Part shown: positions 1-7,855 of the stretch, one piece after another
How positions within the stretch are numbered: the first letter of the stretch is position 1
Layout of the letters: each line of letters opens with the position of its first letter
The notes under the pieces: model-generated
What the model saw: the letters and a program-made list of their open reading frames with translations, nothing else
Database searches by the model: none
Told to the model about the DNA's origin: nothing
Program-made: the position numbers and the translations under genes
Assembly: GCA_963709055.1 (NCBI GenBank)
Contig: CAVPUZ010000024.1
Span: forward strand, 2,882 to 66,881
DNA length: 64,000 nucleotides
Source of the DNA: an uncultured Acidobacteriaceae bacterium
Lineage (GTDB): Bacteria; Acidobacteriota; Terriglobia; Terriglobales; Acidobacteriaceae
Reading direction: 5' to 3'

Positions 1-200
1 GTCCAGACCGAAACCAGAAACAGGAAAAACAGCGACAGCACAAACCACAGCACCATCCCCGTCAAGAAGGGCACCACGGGAACGGGGCTGGGCGTCAGGC
101 GGATAACGGCCAGCTCAATAGCGAGCAGGACCATGAGGATCAGGATGCGAACCTTCACCAGCCAGGTCAGCCAGTTCCGCTCATCGGAGATGGAATGCAT
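1..200 (-). CDS. partial CDS (5' end only): polytopic membrane protein, possibly the membrane domain of a PilS-like sensor kinase
   Basis: ATG at 198-200 on the minus strand. The translation MHSISDERNWLTWLVKVRILILMVLLAIELAVIRLTPSPVPVVPFLTGMVLWFVLSLFFLFLVSVW stays open to the window edge and is strongly hydrophobic. It lies directly downstream of pilC. The function is a guess from context. Confidence 0.35.
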   Translation of the reverse strand, partial: MHSISDERNWLTWLVKVRILILMVLLAIELAVIRLTPSPVPVVPFLTGMVLWFVLSLFFLFLVSVW

Positions 201-204
201 GGAA

Positions 205-246
205 TCAGCCGTCAGCTGTCAGCTGTCAGCCGCTCAGTTCTCAGTT
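205..246. repeat. imperfect heptanucleotide tandem array (TCAGCYG x4, then CTCAGTT x2)
   Basis: Read directly: tcagccg tcagctg tcagctg tcagccg ctcagtt ctcagtt. On the minus (coding) strand this gives CTGA every 7 nt, so TGA falls in all three frames. The array ends about 5 nt before the ATG at 200. The segment 205-216 is the exact reverse complement of 305-315. Confidence 0.85.
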
Positions 247-292
247 GTTTGCGGTTATCGCTTGCCAGCAACATCCGGCGCCTAGCAGTCGA

Positions 293-316
293 CTGATGGC
301 TGATGGCTGACGGCTG
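293..316. repeat. heptanucleotide tandem array (CTGATGG x2, CTGACGG, CTG...), inverted relative to the array at 205-246
   Basis: Read directly: ctgatgg ctgatgg ctgacgg ctg. It lies immediately downstream of the pilC stop (323-325). gctgacggctg (305-315) pairs with cagccgtcagc (205-215). Confidence 0.85.
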
Positions 317-322
317 TCTTTC

Positions 323-1531
323 CTATCCCGCCAATTTCGAGATCATGGCGAACAGCGGCATGTAGAGCGAAATCACGATGCCGCCAATACTGATGCCCAG
401 CATGCCGATAATGACCGGCTCCAGCATGGCCAACATGTCTTTGGTGGCAGCATCGACTTCGTCCTCGTAAAAGTCTGCGATCTTCTGGAGCATCGCATCC
501 ATTGCGCCCGTGGCTTCGCCCACGCCGATCATCTGCGTCACCATGTTTGGAAAGACTCCGCATTCGCGAAGCGGATCGACGATGGTGCGGCCTTCTTCGA
601 TTGCCTTGCGCACCTTCATCAACGCTTCTTCGAGCACGGCGTTGCCCGATGTGCGGGCGGTGATCGCCAAGCCCTCCAGAATTGGAACGCCGGAAGTAAT
701 CAGTGTGCCGAGGGTTCGAGTGAAACGCGCGACCGCGATCTTGCGCAGCAGATTGCCGATGATGGGCGTTTTAAGGAGCATTGCGTCAAAGTGATAGCGA
801 CCGCGGGGATGCTTTCGAATCTGTTTGATGCCAAAAACGGAGCCGATTCCGCCCGCGATAAAGAACCACCAGAAATGTCCGACGAAACTGCTCAGACCGA
901 TCACGATGCGCGTCGGCAACGGGAGCGCCACTCCGAGTCCGACAAACAGGTTCGCGAAAATCGGTACCACCCACTTCAGCAGCGCGCCCACGATCAGCAC
1001 GGCCAGCGAGACCACTGCGACCGGGTAGATCAACGCCGACTTGATGGCAGCGCGCAACTTGACTGCTTTTTCAACATAAATCGCCAGCCGTTGGAGAATG
1101 AGGTCGAGAATGCCGCCCGTTTCGCCCGCCTCGACCATGTTGGTGGTGAGATCGTCAAACACGACGGGATACTGGCGCATGGCATTGGCCAGCGTGGCGC
1201 CGCCTTCCACGGTGGTCCTCACTCCCAGCAGCGTCTTCTGGAAGTTCGGGTTCTCCTGGTTGGCGCCCAGAATTTCCAGGCACTGCACCAGCGGTAGCCC
1301 GGCGTCAATCATGACGGAGAACTGGCGGAAGAAGACCGCGACTTCCTTGACCTTGATCTTGGTGCTGCCGAAAGTCGGCAGGGAAAATTCCTTGCCCTTT
1401 TCGCGGATAGAGCGCGGCGTGATGCGTTCCTTCCGGAGTTGCGAGGCCAGTCCATCCTTGCTGGGGGCGATGCGCTCGCCCTGAACTTTTTCGCCCGTGG
1501 CTGTTTTCCCTGAAAATGTAAAAACCGGCAT
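323..1531 (-). CDS. pilC: type IV pilus inner-membrane platform protein PilC (GspF family)
   Basis: 402-aa ORF with an ATG start. It has the typical GspF/PilC N-terminus and the duplicated T2SSF-type helical/membrane regions (FFRQFSVMIDAGLPLVQCLEIL...; FTRTLGTLITSGVPILEGL). It is syntenic with pilB and pilT. Confidence 0.9.
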   Translation of the reverse strand: MPVFTFSGKTATGEKVQGERIAPSKDGLASQLRKERITPRSIREKGKEFSLPTFGSTKIKVKEVAVFFRQFSVMIDAGLPLVQCLEILGANQENPNFQKTLLGVRTTVEGGATLANAMRQYPVVFDDLTTNMVEAGETGGILDLILQRLAIYVEKAVKLRAAIKSALIYPVAVVSLAVLIVGALLKWVVPIFANLFVGLGVALPLPTRIVIGLSSFVGHFWWFFIAGGIGSVFGIKQIRKHPRGRYHFDAMLLKTPIIGNLLRKIAVARFTRTLGTLITSGVPILEGLAITARTSGNAVLEEALMKVRKAIEEGRTIVDPLRECGVFPNMVTQMIGVGEATGAMDAMLQKIADFYEDEVDAATKDMLAMLEPVIIGMLGISIGGIVISLYMPLFAMISKLAG

Positions 1532-1638
1532 GGCTACTTTCTCCTGATTCGTGTTTCGCCGGCGCGGCGAACTGATCGTGCCGGGTCTTCCAATCTGTCA
1601 GGGCTCGGCCCGGTCTTCTGCCGGGTCTGGCCTCGTAG

Positions 1639-2766
1639 TTATCTCTTCAGCGGCACGCCCTTGCCGATCGGAGCCGGATTCGTACGGTTCAGAAGGTTGG
1701 CGCCACGGGCGATCATCTCCTGCAGCTCGTCCTGATTGCTGGAGCGGGCGATCGCCGTTTCAAGTGTGATTTGCTTCTGGAAGTAGGCGGTGGCCAGCGA
1801 CTGGTTGAACGTCTGCATCCCGAATTTTTCCTGCCCCGATTGCATCGACGAGTAAATCTGGTGAATCTTGTCTTCGCGGATGAGGTTACGGACCGCGGCA
1901 TTGGGCACCAGAATCTCCATGCACATCGCGCGGCCCTTGCCGTCGATTTTCGGCAACAGGCTTTGGCACATGATGCCTTCGAGAACCAGCGAAAGCTGGG
2001 CGCGGATCTGCGATTGCTGGTGCGCCGGGAACACGTCAATGACGCGGTTGATGGTCGAAGACGCCGAATTGGTGTGCAGCGTACCGAAGGTCAAGTGACC
2101 GGTCTCGGCGATACGCAGCGCCGACTCGATGGTTTCGAGGTCGCGCATTTCGCCGATCAGCACCACGTCCGGGTCTTCACGAAGCGCGGCGCGCAACGCG
2201 TCAGTAAAGCTCTTGGTATCCGAATGCAGTTCGCGCTGGTTGACCACGCAGTTCTTGTTCATGTGCACGAATTCGATCGGGTCCTCGATAGTGAGGATGT
2301 GATCGTGCCGCTCGGTGTTGATCTTGTCGATCATGGCGGCCAGCGTCGTGGATTTGCCCGAGCCCGTCGGCCCCGTCACCAGCACCAGCCCACGCGGCTT
2401 GTCGCACATCTTGCTGACAACGGGAGGCAGTCCGAGCTGATGGAACGACTTGATCTCGAATGGGATCAGACGGAAGACGCAAGCCGTGGCGCCGCGCTGG
2501 TTGAAAACGTTGGCGCGGAAACGGGCCAGACCTTTCAACCCGAAGGAGAAGTCCATTTCGAGGTTTTCCTCGAAGCGGTGCTTCTGCGAGTCGGTCATCA
2601 CGCTGTAGGCCAGTTGCTTGGTTTCGGCGGGCGTTAACTGGGGCAGGTCGAGCGGCACCAGATGCCCGTGCACGCGGATTTGCGGCGGGGAGTTGGTCGT
2701 AATATGAAGATCGCTTCCGCCCATCTCCAGCATGCGCCGGAGCAGATCGCTCAATGAGAGTGCCAT
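1639..2766 (-). CDS. pilT: twitching motility retraction ATPase PilT
   Basis: 375-aa ORF with a Walker A motif (GPTGSGKSTT) and PilT-type motifs (GEMRDLETI, AETGHLTFGTLHTNSA, ...AHQQSQIRAQL). Confidence 0.93.
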   Translation of the reverse strand: MALSLSDLLRRMLEMGGSDLHITTNSPPQIRVHGHLVPLDLPQLTPAETKQLAYSVMTDSQKHRFEENLEMDFSFGLKGLARFRANVFNQRGATACVFRLIPFEIKSFHQLGLPPVVSKMCDKPRGLVLVTGPTGSGKSTTLAAMIDKINTERHDHILTIEDPIEFVHMNKNCVVNQRELHSDTKSFTDALRAALREDPDVVLIGEMRDLETIESALRIAETGHLTFGTLHTNSASSTINRVIDVFPAHQQSQIRAQLSLVLEGIMCQSLLPKIDGKGRAMCMEILVPNAAVRNLIREDKIHQIYSSMQSGQEKFGMQTFNQSLATAYFQKQITLETAIARSSNQDELQEMIARGANLLNRTNPAPIGKGVPLKR

Positions 2767-2792
2767 AGTGTTTTCTATCCTTCTGCCGTTTT

Positions 2793-4511
2793 CTAGTGAA
2801 TCGTTTCGCGGGCCACTTCTTCCAGTGTGGTCCAGCCTTGTGCGACCTTCATCAGCCCGCTGCGTCGCAGGGTGATCATGCCGCGTTCAATCGCCTTCTT
2901 CTTGAGTTCCACCGCCGAAGCGCCCACCAGCACGAGTTCACGGATTTCGTCATCGACTTCCATGACCTCGTACAATCCGGTCCGCCCCTTGTACCCGGTC
3001 TTGTTACAGACGGGACAACCTTTGCCCTTCATGATCTGCACGGTCTTCGATTCTTCGGGCGTATAGCCTTCGTCGATCAGCGCCTGCGGAGGCATCTCCA
3101 CGGGCTCCGCGCAGTCCTTGCAAATGCGACGCACCAGTCTCTGCGCGCAGATCAGGTGCACCGAGGTCGCAACGAGGAATGGCTCGATGCCCATATTCAT
3201 CAGCCGGGTGATGGTCTCGGGAGCGCCGTTGGTGTGCAGCGTCGACAACACCAGGTGTCCGGTGAGCGCCGCCTTGATGGCAATCTCCGCCGTTTCAAAG
3301 TCGCGGATTTCGCCCACCAGAATGATGTTGGGGTCCTGCCGCAAAAAAGCGCGCAACGCGGTCGCAAAGTTCAGGCCGATCTGCTCCTTCATCTGCACCT
3401 GGTTGACGCCGCCCAGCTGAAATTCGACCGGGTCCTCGGCCGTCATAATGTTGGTATCGGGTTGGTTCAACCGCGAAATCGACGAATACAGAGTGTTCGT
3501 CTTGCCCGATCCGGTGGGCCCCGTCACCAGCACCATGCCGTAGGGCTTCAGAATCGCCTTCTCGAACTTGACCAGCGACTCCTGCTCGAAGCCCAGCTTG
3601 GTCATATCGAGCCGCAGGTTTTCCTTGTCGAGCAACCGGAGCACGATCTTTTCGCCCCACAGCGTGGGCAGCGTCGAGACGCGGAAATCGAGCTGCTTTT
3701 TCTTGCCGCCGATCTGCATCTTCAGCATGATGCGGCCGTCCTGCGGCAGCCGCTTTTCGCTGATGTCAAGCTTCGCCATGATCTTCAGGCGCGATGTAAT
3801 CGCGTCCTTCAACTTCAGCGGCGGATTCATGATCAACTGCAGAACGCCGTCAATACGGAAACGCACACGAAATTCTTTTTCGTACGGCTCCATGTGAATG
3901 TCGCTGGCTCCGCGCTTTACAGCGTCGGTCAGCACCAGGTTCACGAGCTTGACGATGGGAGCTTCGTCGGCCGCTTTTTCCAGCTCCTTCAGTTCCAGTT
4001 CCTGCTCTTCGGATTGGACCTCGACATCGGCGGCGTCGCCGAGATCGTTGATCGACTGCATTACCGACTCAAGCTCTTCTTCCTTCGAAGTGCCGTAGGC
4101 CTTCTCGATGCCCTCAACGATCGAACTTTCCGAAGCCACCACCGGTTCAATGTTGAACCCGGTCATGAACTTGATGTCGTCCATGGCGAAAACATTGGTG
4201 GGATCGACCATGGCGATGGTGAGCGATGCGCCCACGCGGCTGAGCGGCAAAATCTGATAGCGCTTGGCGGTTTCGAATGGAATCAGCTTGACGACTGCCG
4301 AATCAATTTCAAAGTAGGAAAGATTGATGGCGGGCACGCCGTACTGGCGCGAGAGAAAGTTGGTGACATCCTCGTCCGAAAGGAAGCCTAACTTCACCAG
4401 TGCCGAGGCAAGCCGGCAGTGTGTCTCCTTCTGCAGCTTGTTCGCCTGTTCTAACTGCTCGGGGGTGATGACCTTCTCTTTTACAAGCAGGTCCCCCAGC
4501 CGCTGAGACAT
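2793..4511 (-). CDS. pilB: type IV pilus assembly ATPase PilB (GspE family)
   Basis: The track ORF is 2793-4691. The likely start is the internal ATG at 4511 (MSQRLGDLLVKEKVITPEQLEQA, a MshEN/GspII-type N-terminus). It has Walker A GPTGSGKTNT and a tetracysteine motif (CKDC...CPVC). Confidence 0.92.
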   Translation of the reverse strand: MSQRLGDLLVKEKVITPEQLEQANKLQKETHCRLASALVKLGFLSDEDVTNFLSRQYGVPAINLSYFEIDSAVVKLIPFETAKRYQILPLSRVGASLTIAMVDPTNVFAMDDIKFMTGFNIEPVVASESSIVEGIEKAYGTSKEEELESVMQSINDLGDAADVEVQSEEQELELKELEKAADEAPIVKLVNLVLTDAVKRGASDIHMEPYEKEFRVRFRIDGVLQLIMNPPLKLKDAITSRLKIMAKLDISEKRLPQDGRIMLKMQIGGKKKQLDFRVSTLPTLWGEKIVLRLLDKENLRLDMTKLGFEQESLVKFEKAILKPYGMVLVTGPTGSGKTNTLYSSISRLNQPDTNIMTAEDPVEFQLGGVNQVQMKEQIGLNFATALRAFLRQDPNIILVGEIRDFETAEIAIKAALTGHLVLSTLHTNGAPETITRLMNMGIEPFLVATSVHLICAQRLVRRICKDCAEPVEMPPQALIDEGYTPEESKTVQIMKGKGCPVCNKTGYKGRTGLYEVMEVDDEIRELVLVGASAVELKKKAIERGMITLRRSGLMKVAQGWTTLEEVARETIH

Positions 4512-4751
4512 ATCTCTCCTGTTTCCCGCGAAGGCGGAGATGCGAAACCGCTGATTTCCGGGGGGATTCAGCGGGACTGTTTCGCACTGACACAAATTGT
4601 CAACCCAATGGGAATTCTGAAAAAGTAACTTAGGTACCTGTACTTGGCGAAGGACTACTGAAGTGCGCTGAGCACGCCACTTTACGAGCAAAAATCACAA
4701 GATTGCGCCGATCCTGACTCACTAGATCATGTTCTTCGGTGTAGAAATAAC

Positions 4752-5589
4752 GTGATGGAGCACACTGCATCAAAAAGCACATCGGGCGCGAGCGTTGCTA
4801 CTAACGAGGCTACGACCTTGCAGCCCGATGAACAACTGCGCAGCTACTTCCGAACGCTCTATCGGGCCTGGGGACGCCAGCACTGGTGGCCGGCTGAATC
4901 CTGTTTCGAGGTCATCGTTGGGGCATATCTGACGCAAAACACATCCTGGACGAATGTCGAACGCGCACTCACCAACCTTCGCCAAGCCAGGGTTCTCAGC
5001 GTCCGCGGCATTCGGCGCACGCCATTGTCAAAGCTGGAGCAATTGATTCGCTCGGCAGGCTACTTCCGGCAAAAAGCCCAACGCCTGAAAATATTTGTTC
5101 GGTTTCTCGACCATCGTTACGCCGGATCTTTGTCCCGCATGTTTGCCGAGCCTACTACCGAGCTTCGAGAAGAGTTGCTCGGGCTCAACGGCGTCGGCCC
5201 AGAGACCGCCGATTCGATTTTGCTGTATGCGGGCAATCATCCGGTATTCGTGGTAGACGCCTACACGCGCCGCATTCTGGAGCGCCACCAGCTCAGTCGA
5301 GCCCGGCGCCGGCTATGAGGAAATCCGAGAGCTGTTCGAGCAATCCCTCAAGCCCCTGGCGGAGGAATTCCCCGCGCAGATGCACGATCCTCTTTCCCCG
5401 ACGGCTCCCGGCCCGCGCGGTTCCTCGCATTCGCCCTCGCGAATGAGCACCGCCAAGCGCACCGCAATCGTACAGGTCTTCAATGAAATGCACGGCCTGA
5501 TCGTGGGCGTCGGCAAGAACTACTGCAAAAAGTCACAACCTGAGTGTGAGCGCTGTCCTTTGCAAAAGTTTCTTCCCGGGGCACAGTAA
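4752..5589 (+). pseudogene. endonuclease III-related HhH-GPD base-excision repair gene, split by one frame change near 5290-5310
   Basis: ORF 4752-5318 carries the HhH-GPD body (LLGLNGVGPETADSILLYA, VVDAYTRRILERH). The continuation AGAGYEEIRELFEQSL...MHGLIVGVGKNYCKKSQPECERCPL (C-x6-C-x2-C Fe-S loop) is in another frame, in ORF 5380-5589. Confidence 0.7.
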
Positions 5590-5596
5590 CGGCAGG

Positions 5597-6742
5597 ATGG
5601 CCCCCACTCCAAAAAATCGGCTTCTGATCTGGAGCCTGTCCGCCCTCTGTTTCGCTTTTGCGGCGCCGTCTCTGACGGAAACCCAGCCCGAAACCAAGCC
5701 CGGAGCCAAGCCTGAAACCCTGCGCGAAGCCGCTCAGCATTCCGGAATTCTCATCGGCACCGCCGTCCGTCCGGCGCAGCTTTCCGAGTCCGCGTACGCT
5801 GCGACGCTCGCCCGCGAATTCAATATGCTGGAACCGGAAGACGCTCTGAAATGGGAGGTGTTGCGCCCCGATCCGCAATCCTTTGACTTTCTCCAAGCCG
5901 ATCAACTCGTCGACTTCGCCGTCCGCCACAACATGAAGGTCCGGGGCCACACGCTGGTATGGCACCGCCAGAACCCGGCTTGGTTGACGACCGGTCATTA
6001 CACTCCAGACCAATTATCCAAACTGCTTGAGGCGCACATCAAAACCGTCGTCGGGCGCTATCGAGGGAAGATTTTCGCCTGGGACGTCGTCAACGAAGCC
6101 TTTGACGAAGGCAAACGTAGCGGTCAACTTCGCAGCACGATTTGGTACGACCAGCCCGGCATCGGCTACGCTCAACAAGGTCCCGCCTACCTCGCCCAGT
6201 GTTTTCGGTGGGCGCACGAAGCCGATCCTCAGGCTCTTCTGTTTTACAACGAGGCGGAAGCCGAGGAGATCAACCGAAAATCGGATGCGGTCTATGCGAT
6301 GGTCCGCGACTTCAAGCGGCAAAGCGTTCCGATCGACGGCGTCGGCCTTCAGATGCACATCGCCCTTCACACGGGAGCCGCGCCTCCGGATATTGCCTCC
6401 ATCTCCGCCAACATCGCCCGCTTCACAGCCCTCGGCCTTCAAGTTCATATCACCGAAATGGACGTCTCCTTGCCCGTCGACGCCAACGGCAACGCCAGCG
6501 CCGAGGATTTACAGCAACAAGCAAACGTCTATCGTCAGATCGCTCAAACCTGTCTTGCTCACCCCGGCTGCACGGCTATCCAGACCTGGGGATTTACTGA
6601 CAAGTATTCGTGGATCGGATCGCATTCGAGGAAAACACGAGGCGAGGCTCTGCCGTTTGATCGCAACTATCAACCCAAACCAGCTTACGAGGCGCTGCGC
6701 GATGCGCTGGGATCGGGAGCGTCGTTAGTCGTTGGTCGTTAG
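5597..6742 (+). CDS. secreted glycoside hydrolase family 10 endo-1,4-beta-xylanase
   Basis: The track ORF is 5546-6742. The ATG at 5597 gives a signal-peptide-like N-terminus (MAPTPKNRLLIWSLSALCFAFAAP). GH10 hallmarks are present: FNMLEPEDALKW, VRGHTLVWHRQNPAW, WDVVNEA, and LQVHITEMDV (nucleophile region). Confidence 0.88.
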   Translation: MAPTPKNRLLIWSLSALCFAFAAPSLTETQPETKPGAKPETLREAAQHSGILIGTAVRPAQLSESAYAATLAREFNMLEPEDALKWEVLRPDPQSFDFLQADQLVDFAVRHNMKVRGHTLVWHRQNPAWLTTGHYTPDQLSKLLEAHIKTVVGRYRGKIFAWDVVNEAFDEGKRSGQLRSTIWYDQPGIGYAQQGPAYLAQCFRWAHEADPQALLFYNEAEAEEINRKSDAVYAMVRDFKRQSVPIDGVGLQMHIALHTGAAPPDIASISANIARFTALGLQVHITEMDVSLPVDANGNASAEDLQQQANVYRQIAQTCLAHPGCTAIQTWGFTDKYSWIGSHSRKTRGEALPFDRNYQPKPAYEALRDALGSGASLVVGR

Positions 6743-6744
6743 CC
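6719..6744. repeat. heptanucleotide tandem array (GTCGTTA / GTCGTTG / GTCGTTA) overlapping the 3' end of the xylanase CDS
   Basis: Read directly: gc gtcgtta gtcgttg gtcgtta gcc. Two TAG triplets lie 14 nt apart, and the second one (6740-6742) is the xylanase stop. Confidence 0.8.
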
Positions 6745-6844
6745 ATCCGCGGGGGTGCCGTTCGTCCTTCCGCCTGACTCCCGTCGCCTTGTCAGCGATT
6801 AAGAGTTCGCGTCTCGGCGTCTTTTGTTCCCTCATTTTGTGGAT

Positions 6845-7465
6845 TTAGAAAAGCGACGTTGACAATCCCGGAGCTCTTCGTGAGCAGAATACCGGGGCTG
6901 GTATAGGGACTGTCGTCGTTTTGCCATCCTCCCCATATCCAATCCAACTAGCGTCGCTAACAAAAAGGCAGCCGTCTTTCGGCTGGTCTGAATAATATCG
7001 CAGATAACCAAGCACGAAACGTCCGTCCGAAAGTTCGACCTGTACGTAGCTTACGTCTCCGTAATCATAGAAGGCATCGTGCCAGACGGAATTGCGTGCG
7101 CTTCGATGTACGAGTTTAAGTTTACGCAACCACTTCCATGGGACGTCGAGGTTGTTGCAAATCATTACGAGAGCGCCCCATGCCACGGCAATGAGTAGCA
7201 GCCAAACGAGTGGCCCCCTCAGGGCATCTACGGCCTAATGTGTTTTGTTCCCATCTGTCCATGAAGTGACTTGCAAGGGCAGTCTTTTCACAAAGACCGC
7301 ATAAACAACTGCTACAAAGAAAGTGTGGATAAGGGCGTCAACAACTTTGTCAAAGTCGCTTCGCTTGGCAGCGCCAAGGCAGAACGATTGTACGATTCGG
7401 GCCGAAATGAACCCGGGAAGTAACAATAGAAGCACGATCCCGGCTTCGTACCCAGTAGTAGGCAT
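6845..7465 (-). pseudogene. DUF6338-like small membrane protein interrupted by a single in-frame TAG (7235-7237)
   Basis: ORFs 7235-7465 and 6845-7186 are in the same frame. The 48 nt between them (AVDALRGPLVWLLLIA) contain no other stop. The joined product is about 206 codons with N-terminal TM helices (LLLLLPGFISARI...) and a C-terminal SVWHDAFY...YVQVELSDGRFVLGYLRYYSD motif that I recall as DUF6338-like. The family call is from memory only. The region is low in GC. Confidence 0.5.
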
Positions 7466-7470
7466 TGCAT

Positions 7471-7509
7471 TGCCTTAGCGCCTTGCCTTAGCGCCTTGCC
7501 TTAGCGCCT
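7471..7509. repeat. perfect 3 x 13-nt tandem repeat (TGCCTTAGCGCCT)
   Basis: Read directly. It lies immediately upstream of the DUF6338-like ATG (7465) on the minus strand, where each unit reads AGGCGCTAAGGCA (TAA plus an AAGG Shine-Dalgarno-like core). Confidence 0.9.
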
Positions 7510-7855
7510 TCCCTGGGGCGGTCTCCCTGGCGGTGGGATAACGGGCTGAGGGGCTCTAAGGTTTGGGGGCTTCGGCGGAACATAGCCGCTATCTTTGGCA
7601 AAGCCGCTATCGTTTCTGAGCGGTTCTGGTGGGGGAGGAGGCGTTTCTCTTTGGGGTGTGGTCACTTCAGTCTCCTGTGGCTCAATCCTGCAATAATGTT
7701 ACTCGTACCGAGTCCTGCAATCAACCGTCGCGTCGCTGACTAAGATCCGCGCCGCCAATGGCGGATTTTCAGTCAAGACGCCCGGCTCGTATCGTTCCGT
7801 TCGCTATTCGGGGCTCCTTGGATAACGGCGAACGACGCCTATAATGTGATCGACC

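Noticed and set aside
2796-4391. 531-aa plus-strand ORF opposite pilB. There are many similar long ORFs opposite real genes, for example 1771-2637, 8762-9886, 10721-11560, 31000-32136, 47093-48106, 57167-58138 and 61686-62405.
   Set aside because: These are typical high-GC shadow ORFs. Their translations are Arg/Ala/Gly/His-rich with no recognisable motifs, while the opposite strand encodes proteins with clear family signatures.
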